Positions 15,687 through 28,517 of a stretch of 64,000 nt of DNA are shown piece after piece (the first letter of the stretch is position 1; each line of letters starts with the position of its first letter). The notes under the pieces are model-generated. The model did not search any database. It had not been told where the DNA came from and worked only from the letters and a program-made list of their open reading frames with translations. Made by a program: the position numbers and the translations under genes. Source of the DNA: Eledone cirrhosa (taxonomy: Eukaryota); the NCBI GenBank assembly GCA_964016885.1, contig OZ024745.1, positions 36,518,001-36,582,000 on the forward strand, given 5' to 3'.

Positions 15687-15946
15687 TAATTCGGGCTGTT
15701 TGTTCACAAACAAACCGAGCATTATAATAAATGTTCGGTAAACCCATACGTACATATATATATATATATATATGTATGTGTGCATGTATGTATGTATATA
15801 CATACTATTGTACGTCTGTATACATATATGTATGTACGTATACATACTTAAATTTAAGTACCAGCTGTACTAAGAGTGAGAAATGAAATTTCATTTTTCC
15901 ATTTATATATATATACATACATATACATACATATATATATGTATAT

Positions 15947-15981
<35 letters not shown>

Positions 15982-18764
15982 CATATATATATAGAGAGAG
16001 AGAGGGGGCGATATACATATATATATATATATTGATAGATAAAGAGATATATAGAGCGAGAGAGAGAGGTGGGAGAGATATTGACCATCAACGATATAGA
16101 CAGATAGATAGATAGAGTGTGTGTGTGTGTGTATGTGCATGCGTGAGTGTTTGTGTGAGTGTATGTGTATTTGTGTGTGTGTGCGTGTGTGCGTGTGAGT
16201 GTGTGTGTGTGTGATATTTTAGGTTCTATTTAAGGAGTTTTCCAATTACGGTTGAAATGACTTTTTCAATATTATATTTGTATAATTACATCTTTAACTC
16301 CTTTTATACCCAACCCCTGAAACTACCCCTGGTTCTATTTGTCTAAAAAGTAACATCGTGATATTTTGTAAGAATTTTTGTCACGTTATGTTTCAAACAT
16401 TAACTTAAGGCTGAAGAAGTTAGTTTATATCCCAGAAAATATTTGATTATTTTTTAAATCATTCGAAATTCCTAAGCAGTGACTTTTATTAGGAATATGG
16501 TAACAAACGGTTAAAATATTTACATTTTTCATACATTCATGAATTAAATTTAATTGTATGTAAAACATTTTAAGTTACGTTTCCAACACCAGCTTGATAA
16601 TCTGGAAATTAGTTATTTTACAAAACCACTCTAATTTCGGGTGATTTTCAAAATGACCTGATAATCATAAACAGCGTCTTTCCTTTTAAATACAGTAGTA
16701 ATGTGTTGTGCTGGAGCTCCGTTGGTTCCGATGACGATTTTTATTTGCCAGTTTTTTTATCAACGAAAAGAGCCTGCTGTTGAAATTAACGTGCAAGTGG
16801 CTAAGTATTCCAATGTTAAGTACACTCTTAAAGTAGTTATCAAAGGAGATCCAGCGAGACACATCGCCTTACACGTCAGTCTCTTTGAATAACAATTGAA
16901 AATCCTTTTTACCAGCTGAGAGAACTGGAGCAACCAGATATAGAATTTGTAGCACAGGGATACACAACAGCTTATCGAAGACATTAAGATTGTGAGCAAA
17001 ACACTCTAACCACTAAACATCATGCCTTCATGGACTAGTCAATAAAGAAAGCGCAACAATCGTGACCTGTCTTGGAGTCTCAATATTTTGTGGGAACGAG
17101 GGACGAATTTATTCTCAAATAGGAGACTGGGCCACGAATTATTTCAACAGAATGTACTGACACTCAACAGCTTACCAACTTTTACCGTTAAAACCAAATG
17201 ACTGCTTACGTCTATCACCCAAATAGTAGCCAAAAGATTTCTCATAAAACATTTGTTATATTATTTGTAGTTGTTACTGTCGTCGTCGTTTCTCTATTTG
17301 TTGTTGTTGTCCTTATTGATATCATCATCGTCTTCCTTGTTGTTTTTGTAGTTAATATCGTCGTTGTTTTTGTCGTAGTTGCCGTACTTTTTGTTGTCGT
17401 TGCTGTTGCTTTTTACTGTTGTTTCTATTTACTATTTCTTTTATTCCCTAAGTCGACGCTTGTTAGTGCTTGCATGAATGTAACAAAAATATTTACTTCG
17501 AGTCAGAATTTTGGAAATCTATTGTGATTTATGTACAGTTATTATCGTGTGTTTTGATAACGATGTGTTTTAGGCGTTGGGAGCTCAAAATCGATATGAG
17601 GTCGATGGCAATCGATCATGTTGAACGCAAAATCTTACCACTATTGGTCATAGATGTTTCTTACGCGACAACCACTTTAGAAAAGCCGTCAAAGAACAAA
17701 GCTTTGTTTTACTATGTGTTTTTATATTCTTCGTAAAGAACTTTCTCGAAAACAAAGCTATACATTTATACTTTAGTGTTTTAATGTTTTTTGTTTGGAC
17801 AACCTTTTAGAAAAGCTGCAACCGATAAAACATCTCTTTCTTTCACAGAACTTCTCATAAAACTAACAGAGAGAGAGGGGGAGAGAAAGAGAGAAGGGGA
17901 GGGAGAGAGATAGAGAGAGGGGGAGGGAATACGATGAATACTGCATTGCATGACGGTAAAGTATTAGGTTTGAAGCCTTTTATTTATTAATTTATTTATT
18001 CTTTCATTGTTTGTTTACTAAAAACTCCCAAGATAATTCGTGCGCAGTGTATGCGTTTTATTAATCGTGTTAGAATAGAACAAATATTATATAATACATA
18101 TACACTCATGTGTATGCGAGTGCGTGTATCTGCGTTTTTGTATGTGGTGGTAGGTCGTTGAATATACGTTTGTGTATAAGTGTATAGTAATTAGAGTAAA
18201 GTACTGTAAAATGCATATTTTGTTGAACAAATGACTAGAAAATGTGAGTAGACGTAATGTTTAATCATCCGTATTCAGTAAAGGCTAATGCATGTGTCAT
18301 TCAGAGATACTAAGGCAAATTAAAGGTCCCTGAATTCTTGATGTAGAGGTAAGGGTATCACCTTGACACACGGCGTATCTTGGCACTTTAAATCTGGTGG
18401 AGCCCATCCCTTTCTTCGTCGGAACACAATCGATTTCTTTCAGGGAGAAAGTAAGAGCGAAAGTGATAAAAGAAAAGAGATAGAGTAAGTATCAACCACA
18501 ATATTGGATGATACTTTATTAATCGACCGCGAAAAGATGTAATACAAATGTGTTCTAGATTAGATTTTAACTCAGAGTGCAATGACTGGGAATAACTAAC
18601 GAGGCATTTTAATTCTGTCGCAACTAATGACTCTGCCAAATCAAAGAAACCCAAATAAATTTCTACAATAGATATATACATATTTATAGGTAAGTGAGTA
18701 ATAATAAATATATTATTATATAAAAAAAGGATTTTATTAGGTAGTCAAGATAGGAGCTGTAGAG

Positions 18765-19085
18765 CACTAAATATTTTGTACCTATAAAATTCTGCTCCGA
18801 GACACAAACCCAAGCAAGGTATTTTTGTGGAAGACTAGCAGTCTCGCATTCATACTAGTCTCCTCGCTCTACGTTACCGATGTTGTTTCTCCAAAGGAAA
18901 AGCTAACGACTATACAGCTTGGCACAGTGATGTTGAACCTCATTTCTGTAGCTAAGTGACTCAGAGCAACCTGAAATAAAAAGTCTTACTCAAGGACAAA
19001 ACTATATCGCCCGCTCTAGAAATCGAACTCACAATCTCACTATTGTAAATCTAACACTCAAACCACTATGCAACACGCCTTCACT
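18765..19085 (-). mobile_element. tRNA-derived SINE (family B), decayed
   Basis: Minus strand has A/B-box-like gtggtttgag...gagttcgatttc followed by tgtccttgagtaagactttttatttcagg. Related copies at 20575-20675 (+), ~16700-17030 (-) and ~58420-58665 (-). Confidence 0.65.
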
Positions 19086-19674
19086 TTTCTCATATATATG
19101 CAAAAAGCCAATACATACGCACACACATATACACACACTCACACACAAATATATATATATCGTTTTTGTATTTGTTATGCAAGATTTCCTATCTGAAAAC
19201 GTGTGTTTTTCTATATTTTGGCAGGTTCATGCTGCCAATAAAAACCCACGCACCTATTGGTTATTAAACTAAACGACTGCTAGTGATTTGAAGTGAAAAC
19301 CCAGCAGCTACGTGTGTTTTATTGGCAGCATGACCCTCCCAAAATATATCTATATACAGTATATATATATATATGTGTGTGTATGTATGTATGTATATAT
19401 GTATGTATGTATGTACGTATGTATGTTTATATATCTAATTCTTTCCATCAATCGTAAATTGGAATCTGGATCAGTTACCAGGCATTTTTGCCCAATATAG
19501 GTCTGTTATTTTTCTTAATTTTTCTTAATTTAATATTTAAAGTTAATGATAACAAACTATATTGCTGTAGTTAGTATTTTTTCACCCTAGCAAATTTTGG
19601 TCCCTACGATTCGAACACATGTATGTTTATATTAGTGTTCATCTCTCTTGTTTATTCAATTATATATATATATC

Positions 19675-19824
19675 CTTGCAGCAAAGAGTTACGGCCCTTT
19701 ATGGTCTGAGTTCAAATCCCGCCAAGGTTAACTTTGCCTTTGATCCTTACGGGGTCGATAAAATAAAGTACCAGTAATGTACTGGGTTATTGCTGGCCTT
19801 GTGCCAAAAAGTAGAAACAATTAT
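19675..19824 (+). mobile_element. SINE (family A), 5'-truncated
   Basis: gagttcaaatcccgcc B-box plus conserved gcctttgatccttacggggtcgataaaataaagtaccag and an ...agtagaaacaattat tail. Confidence 0.9.
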
Positions 19825-20445
19825 ATATATATACATGCATGTATTTCTTATTTAAAATAACCAGCTGGTCAAAAGTATTTGCGTATATATTTTGTTGCAT
19901 ATTCTTCGCTCTGCTATTGCAAGTAACTGATCAATTGTTTCTTTTACCTGTCCAATACTCTTCTATTTAGAGTGTACTGTCATTTGCAGGGTGATATTTT
20001 GGGGCAATGTTTTGCTTCAGACCTTTTAGTATGACATTGTTTTAAGCCTCACTATATTTTTTTCATTATTTCCATACGAACATTGTCAGTCAGGTGTGCA
20101 TGGTTCAAATAATACTTCCTTCTGTTTTACTTCTTTATCAGTATTTTTTTCCCAAATCTTTATAGATTATACTCCCTCATACCAACACTCCGTAGATTCC
20201 ACTACTTGCACATCTCTGATTTTTTTCTATATATATATATATCCCCTTCTCTCTCTCTCTCTCTCTTTCTTTATTTTGTTCTTTCCCTCTCTCCACCTCT
20301 GTCTCTTACCCTTCACTCACTCCTTCCTTTTATATTCAGTTATAACATCTCACATTTTTCTCGGTTGTTTCATTCATATCTCCTTTCTTAGTTTTAAGTC
20401 TATTCTATTTCTGCATCTCTCGCTCTACCTTTCTGCCTTCCTGTA

Positions 20446-20574
<129 letters not shown>

Positions 20575-20675
20575 TAAAGAATTGGATTCGCAATCGTGAG
20601 GTTGTGAGTTCGATTCCCGGACTGGGTGATGTGTTATGTCCTTGAGCAAAACTCTTTATTTCACGCTGCTCCTTC
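20575..20675 (+). mobile_element. SINE (family B) fragment
   Basis: gtgagttcgattcccggactggg...tgtccttgagcaaaactctttatttcacg. Confidence 0.65.
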
Positions 20676-20859
20676 TACCTGGAGTTGCGACCGATAGATA
20701 GTATTAGCAATTGGAAAGACCAACGGAAATATTGTTTCCTCAGTCCGATTTGACGAAAGTTGATCGACTGTCGATATATATGTTTATTGACAAACATCAG
20801 AAAAAGTACTCAATACTGAAGTGTAGTTTAAATATTCATTTAATAGCCAAGTGTTGAAA

Positions 20860-20908
20860 CTTGTTACACTGGAGTTTCGCCTGCGCATTCGCAGGATCAT
20901 CAGAGAAG
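20860..20908 (-). ncRNA. Hammerhead ribozyme motif (type I, Penelope pLTR-like)
   Basis: Minus strand: cttct-CTGATGA-t-cctgcg aatg cgcagg-c-GAAA-ctc ca gt-GTA-acaag. Intact core, perfect 6-bp stem II, single mismatches in stems I and III. Confidence 0.65.
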
Positions 20909-21112
20909 ATTCTGGCTACCATGGGAGTGTGCAGGGGAACTGCAGAGTAACAAGGATAACCACTTAGCTATTAAATAAATATATTTATATATCTCAACAG
21001 TGTAACAATGTTGTATCTCATCTTTAACACCTCACTCAAACCCACACATCCTTTTATTTTCTCATTGTTTACTTTGTATGTGTCTCCTTCCAAATAGAAC
21101 CTCTCTTTCTCC

Positions 21113-21156
<44 letters not shown>

Positions 21157-23484
21157 CTCTCCAGGCTTCTCTTAATCTAGCATTCTATCCCACAAATTTC
21201 ACCCTCCTTTCCACTTTCCTGCCTTCGGTAATCTCTCACCCCTTTTTTTTTTTGGCTTACTTTGCTTTTTATTTAACTGTTTATCTAGAATTATCTCATA
21301 AAGCACCTCACTTCACCTTTTTTCATTCAATCTCCCTTCTCCTCCTTTCTTTCCCTTTCTTTCATCCTCTTTCATTCTTTCGTTCTTACTTACAACTGAA
21401 TAGAATCTACTTAAAACCGGCTTATCTCAGTGTGTAATAAAATGTTGATGCAGAATATTTGATATATCCCTCTGAGTTGTTCACAACAATTAAAATAAAT
21501 AAAAAGAACCTCTGTGATATCGATGCTTGTTTTTTTTTTGTTTTTTTCATTCAGTAAGGAAACAAAAGATATTCACGATATTTATATAATAAATATACCC
21601 ATTCCAACCACTATTTTAAAATAATGGTTGGTAGGCCATCCGCTATTCATTCTTTTATGTGCTCTTTTATTCTGCCCAATTTCTTTTCAATATTGTTTTA
21701 ATTTAATCGGTTTGCTTGGCTATATCTCTGACTCACTTAAACGTAGAGCCTATGCTACCATTAAGGCTAACTAGACATCCACCTAGAGCGAAAGCTTCGC
21801 AGGGACATATAACTAATCCTTAAAGTATCACAGTTTTCTGAAAATTTGTATAATTAATTTAAATATATAATTTTCTGTGATCAGTAGATATATCGCTAAA
21901 CATCTTTGTTCTATGGCAAAGTTGTGCAAATTTTCAAAATGGTGTAGATTGTTGTGGCTAAACAAAACAAAACAACTAATGTTTACTTCCATACTTTCAA
22001 GAACTTTGTAGTAATTTTTGTGTTGGAGATTTTTCTTCTTCGACGTTCTTTCTTATTTTTATTTGATTTGTCTTAAATCCGATTTGCCCGATACAAGTTT
22101 GCCCGATAATACTGCATAGTTTATTGATGTGAAAGAATATTTCACACAACAGCAGCAATGTAAAATTGATAAGAGTGTTCACTGCCTGGCAGTATAGATC
22201 TTAAATCTTAACCATGGGTATAAAATATTGAAAAAAACAGTGCCTATTATTCATTGACAGGTGGCTGTGCCTTAAACCAGCGCGTAAATCACGTAATTTA
22301 CTGTATTGATATGATTGACTGCATGGATAATAGTTATAAATGTTGGAACATGTGCAACAATAGCACTTATCAAACGATCGTGTTCAGATATACTGACATG
22401 GGTAGTAAAGCTGAGATACAATTTTGAAGATTCGTATAGGAAATATAAAACGCAACCTCTTTCCCCAAAGGCATAAAATAGGGAAGTATTGATTTAGTGT
22501 ATGGATACTTCCAGCTAACCCTAAACTAAATACCGCTCTGTCATCGATGTAATGTCGTCAATACGACAAATAAAATACACTGGTCAGTCCTACTTTGTGT
22601 ATAGCTAAAAAGGGAAACCTTCCAAGACATGAGATGCAATTTATTTCATACAATCGTGGCATTCAATTTATCTAGAAGTTTAAATTACATAAGAAGAATC
22701 AATCGATTCTCTAAAGACCAGCTACAGAATAAATAATTGTTGATTACTTACAAACCATCGGAGGACAGGGCCTGCACTGATTGGAAGTTGTAAATACATC
22801 TATGCTCTTAACAAAGATATGTTGTGAAATGTTTTCATGACTTTTGCCAAATATATGAGACAGTGGCCATGGACATCATTAAATCACCGGGTCCAGTGAA
22901 ACTAATATGGTCGGTAAGTTGATGTCTGCTGGAACGAAAACGTAGAATGAAAGGGAACTGAGATTACAATATTTGGGGAAGGAAGAATTTCTTAAAGTAG
23001 ATATAGTGGCGCTTGAAGACAAAACTCATTCTGGGCAACGAGCGTTCATGGTCTCATGAGGGGCTAGTGGAAGTATGCTACTTCAGGGGGCATATATCAT
23101 TCTAGCAAAGACAAATTGGCTGAGAGAGGCATCAGCACGTTTCGTGGCCAGATCTTTTAATGTTTTGCTGAGTAAGGCTTTGAAAATCTGTAGTTTAGGC
23201 CATAGGTATGACTTGAAACTACTAATAGAATTATTTCTCTGTGCAAGCCATGCTTCCCTCATTATGGTCTTCTTAGCGGCAATGAATACCTACCAAATCG
23301 TCAATCAAATGAGCAAAATCTAATTATTTCCGGATACACGCGAGGTAGATAACGTTTTATTAAAGTAATCATTGTATAATTCACCCAATTTGAAGTTGTT
23401 TGAACGAAACCTTTAAATGAGGAACTGAGAGAGAATTAGACATAATTACACATACACATATGTGTGTGAATACACATAGATAAA

Positions 23485-23515
<31 letters not shown>

Positions 23516-23949
23516 GCTGCGGCTACTACTGCTGCTACTATTACCACCACCACCACTGCCACCACCACAGTCGTCACTCGAAATTTAGTATGATTTGGTA
23601 GAATGTACAACGTTTCCACCGAGAGCTTTAACTGTCCATGCAATAGCATTAAGCTGCTTTATCGACGATGAAAGGTTAAAAGTGGACCGCGACGGGATTT
23701 GAAGGAATTCGACTGAGTTATCCGCTACCAGTGATAATTTCGAATGGGACAATTATCACGTGACTAGCGTTCTACAGTTGGATAATGGCAAGTAAAGGGG
23801 GTTGCTAAAAGAAGCATTACGATTCGGCCAAATGTTTTATTTGACTGAAGATGTATACATATATACACATGTATAGACATACAAATGAAAGATGTATAGA
23901 AATACAAATAAAAGGGTCCAACAGATACACATTTTGCTCAACGAAGAAA

Positions 23950-24131
23950 TTAATTGTTTCTACGTTCGGCACAAGGCCAGCAATTATCCTAGTGCATTAC
24001 TGGTGCTTCATTTTATCGACCCTATAAGGATGAAAGGCAATGTTAACCTCGGCGGGATCTGAACTCAGAACGTAAGAATATGGTGCAAAGCATGGCGTCC
24101 GGCCCTCTACCGACACTGAAAATCCACCGCC
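23950..24131 (-). mobile_element. SINE (family A), near full length
   Basis: Reverse complement of the 24511-24698 copy. Confidence 0.9.
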
Positions 24132-24510
24132 CTAATGAAGAAATTAATAAGAATAGATTAGTCAGAGCATAATAAGTTGTATTTGGAAAAAGCAAACAAG
24201 ATAAAGAAATATTTACCTTTATCCGTACACAAAGCATGGAATAACATGATATATGAAAATCGACAAAGCGAGAAGAAACACCTTTTCAATCCAATGATTA
24301 TAATAATCAAAAGAGAAATATCGAATTCCCCATGGCATATCAGTGCAGAGAAATGAGATCCTTTGATATACAGGCGGTGTACTAGATATTGTCACAGGTG
24401 CACATGCACATGGACACAGGCACGCATACACTCTCCCAAGTACACCACCATACATTCACATGTGTATGGGGGTACACACACACACATAAATATATATATA
24501 TATGTGGTCC

Positions 24511-24698
24511 GGTGGATTGGCAATATCGGTAGAGGGTCGGACGCCATGCTTTGACGCATAGAGTTACGGCCCTTGCCATTCTCAGTTCAAAACCCGCCAA
24601 GGTTAACTTTGCAGTTCATCCTTACGGGGTCGATAAAATAAAGTACCAGTAATACACTGGTTAATTGCTGGCCTTGTGCCAAAAGTAGAAACAATTAT
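24511..24698 (+). mobile_element. SINE (family A), full length (~190 bp)
   Basis: ggtggattggcaatatcggtagagggtcggac (A-box-like), agttcaaaacccgcc (B-box-like), conserved central catccttacggggtcgataaaataaagtaccag, and an aattat tail. Confidence 0.9.
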
Positions 24699-24759
24699 GT
24701 TTTAATATTTCTATGTGTGCATTGATTGTGTATACATATAGTTATTCTTTTTATATCCA

Positions 24760-25160
24760 ATTGAGTTCTTAAACACGTGGCTATAATACCTAACAGGTTT
24801 AAATGACCAGCGTGTATATTGTTTTATATTTTATGCTTGGGGGCAGCGTGTATTTTATCTGTGAGAGGACTGCTGGATTTTCGAATCAACAAGTCTCTTT
24901 AGACCTGAGGGAGACCATCACTAATCTATTGATGTCGATGTAATTCTTATATCGATATTATTTGTGCATCCACTGATGAGTTTATAAGAGCCCACTTGTG
25001 TATAAAACTATGGATATATACAAGTTTCTACATATCCTGGACATTATTTTTCCGAAATTGTAGAAATCTTATAACGAAACGGCCGTCTGGAAGGAAAGAG
25101 ATATTTATTTAATTATGTCTCATATAAAATAAAACAACCAGCTATCCACGAAATATTGAT
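24760..25160 (+). mobile_element. Penelope-like element 3' end / pseudo-LTR relic
   Basis: cctaacaggtttaaatgac approximates the GIY-YIG terminal PxGLN with a 1-nt insertion, followed downstream by a hammerhead. Confidence 0.5.
24969..25091 (+). ncRNA. Type I hammerhead ribozyme with extended stem II
   Basis: tcca-CTGATGA-gtttataaga...tcttataac-GAAA-c ggcc GTC-tgga. Canonical core, palindromic stem III (acggccgt), GUC cleavage triplet, stem I tcca/tgga. Confidence 0.8.
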
Positions 25161-25235
25161 TAGTTAACACCCCCTAATGTTTGTTGAGTGAGATGGAGTT
25201 GGTCAGAGTATCGCTTAAGGCTTTCTCTGTTAATG

Positions 25236-25278
<43 letters not shown>

Positions 25279-25344
25279 AGAGTATTGAAATTTGCTTGAA
25301 GCATTGTGGAATCTTAAGAAAATATAATATATCATATATATATA

Positions 25345-25392
<48 letters not shown>

Positions 25393-25659
25393 AACGAGTA
25401 GGACCCCGACGGCTGAGCTCAAGCCGTTTCGACGGCTAATTCTGGACTAATAATATGTATATATAATATATAAAAAAAATATATATATATATATAATATA
25501 TATATAATATATATATAATATGTATATTTAATATATAAAAAAAATATATATATATATATAATATATATATAATATATATATAATATATATATATAATATA
25601 TATATATAATATATAGGAGGAAATTATAGTTCACTTGATTGAAGCATTGTGTAATGAGG

Positions 25660-26036
25660 TATAAACGTTTGAATTTGTAAAGCCAAGACAATGCAGGTAT
25701 GGACATAGAATAAAAAATGCAAATGCAAAAGATATTGTTGAAAATTAGTCTTTTACCTTAGATTTATTTAAATGTCCTTAATTTTCGAGATAATTTCTCT
25801 TCTTCGGAGGGAAGTAAAGCATTTAAACCAGTGTTCTAAATAGCTTGGCAAGCTATTTAGAACACTGGTTTAACCGCTTTACATCCCTCCGAAGAAGAGA
25901 TATTATCTCGAAAATTAAGGACATTTAAATAAATCTAAGATAAAAGACTAATTATTAACAATATCTTTTGCATTTGCATTTTTTATTCTATGTCCATACC
26001 TGCATTGTCTTGGCTTTACAAATTCAAACGTTTATA
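25660..26036. repeat. Near-perfect 377-bp palindrome (188-bp arms, 1-nt spacer at 25848)
   Basis: ...ttctaaatagcttg-g-caagctatttagaa... extends symmetrically to tataaacgtttg / caaacgtttata with only a few mismatches. Lies between TA-rich tracts. Confidence 0.95.
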
Positions 26037-26104
26037 TATATATATATAATATATATATAATATATATATATATAATATATATATATAATATATATATATA
26101 TAAT

Positions 26105-26138
<34 letters not shown>

Positions 26139-26366
26139 ATATATATATATATAATATATATATATAATATATATATATAATATATATAATATATATATAT
26201 TATATATATATATACATATATATATAATATATATAATATATATATATTATATATATATATATTATATATATATGTATGTATACATATATGTATGTACGTA
26301 TACTTACTTATATTTAACTAACAGCTGTACTAAGAGTGAGAAATGAAATTTCGTTTCATTTTTTCC

Positions 26367-26421
<55 letters not shown>

Positions 26422-28473
26422 TAGTTGTACATAAATTTTAAGGTGACGCGTACTTTCATTTCTTTGATGCATTAACGTAATGTTCGTTACGTCACGAATG
26501 TGTCACATTCATACAAACAATGATAGTTGATAACGATATTTATATCTTGTAGATTCTATTCCCAGAAGGTCGGTTGAATATAAACATACAAACAGGTATT
26601 TAAGGAAGCAAATATTGAAATTGAAGTTTGCATTTTGTATTCCTATTTTCATCTGAAATATTATGTTGAAGTTAAAGCACCATAGTATAGGTACTTTAAT
26701 GCATTTTAATGTAGTTTTACATTTAGAATTGAATACAAGTAAATCTTTTGTTCCATTATAATATACCCTCATATATCCTAAAATGCTTGAGATGAAGAAG
26801 TTGCTTCTATTAGTAGACAGATCCAGAAACGTTGGTGAAATCTCTAACAGCTACACTGTGATTGATTACATTTCCAGTTTTTTTATTTCACAAGGACGAA
26901 ATATCAAAGAAATTACGAGAAATTATTAATAAATATGAAGTTGAATAGGTATGGCTGTATAGTTCAGTAATCTACTTAATATTCACGTGCTTCTGTGTTT
27001 GATCCAAATGCACGACGTCTTGGGCGAATGTCTTCTACATGCTTTGCTTAATTTCTTGTGAGAAGAATTTGGGAGATGGAAACAAAATAGAAATTCGTTA
27101 TATGCTGTCACTACAACAACGTGTATGCAGTTGAAACCACGCCAACTCCAGACCTGCCAATCTCTAAAAACCGAAACGGGGAGTACCATGAGAAAAGTGA
27201 CAAAACCGGGGAGAAATAAGGCAAAATGGGGAAATGTTACATAATGAAAGCTATACCCATTTTCACAAGAGAAGACATCTCTCACCCACCTCAAAGTGGG
27301 TGGGAGATCTACCAAGTTGGACAGGGAGAGTTAACAGGTTTGAAACTACGCAGACAATATTTGTTTTACTTCAACCACATACATCTTTCTGTTATGAGTA
27401 TGACAAAGCATTTTCCTCAGCTGCTAAATCATTGCACTGCTGTCCTTCGTAATTTAAATGTCTGTCAGGCAGTATGTAGTGGATCAAGCTACTAACTCCA
27501 CTGTACACCATTACCCGTATTTCATAATCATATTTTTAAGCCACATTTTGCAGGATTTAAATGAAGTGAAGATCTAACTATCTTGTTATAAATATGTCGA
27601 ACGGAGAAATAAGGAGAAAGAGAGAAAGAAAGAGAGAAAATACGAGTATGAGAGAACGTAATTACACAGTAGCTTAGGGATCTAGATAATTTTATTTAGT
27701 GTTTTATGATTGTGTATTTTTATGGTACATAGGCAAAATACATAGTAAACACGAAAAATTCCTGTCAGCTGTTTTACCAATTGATTATCCAATATGAATT
27801 ATTTTATTCTCAAAAACATCCTCCAATATGGGGCAAAATATGTTTCTTCTTGTTTTTGGTTGTATTTTAAGTTGAATTTGAGTTTTAAATCTTGTTATAG
27901 ATCCATTATATCGATCGTTGTAATCTACTCCCAGGATAATAATAACTATATGGGAGGTTCTAATTTTGATACGATCACCAGATCACTTTCCATAAATTTA
28001 TGGGTACTTCGCTAAGAATCCGCAGGACATACACTAAAATATTTTTCATATTTCCAGCGTATATTACTCTGTTATTTACCAAAATTGATTTACTTTTCTT
28101 TTTATTTCATTTACTTTCAATACTTTTATATTGTTTAACGTTTGCTTTTCAGACAGAATGGAACTAGAGAGAAACTTTCGCTACGAAATATTTTAAATTG
28201 CTATTATAGACGGTTTCATATATTTTTTATGACCAAACACTGTTGTTTTATATTGGGATGCTTTCATGCTTTTTCTTATAAAATTCGAAACTATTCAGCG
28301 TGGCTTTTGAGGTTTGTTTCACTTAGTAACAAATGTTTCTTTGCCTGAAAGGAAAAATAACTATTTATGATCAATATAAATAAACTCTGACATTTTATAT
28401 GCACAAATAATAATGTATATAAAAATACATAGATATACATACACGAACATAAACACACACACATAGACATATG

Positions 28474-28517
<44 letters not shown>

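Larger units (their letters stand above)
13050..15905. repeat. Repeat cluster with two direct copies and one inverted copy of a ~300-bp unit; the inverted copy is interrupted by the Chapaev element
   Basis: 13125-13330 matches 13645-13850. 13899-13947 plus 15690-15900 is the reverse complement of ~13430-13760. A further fragment lies at ~26280-26370. Confidence 0.8.
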
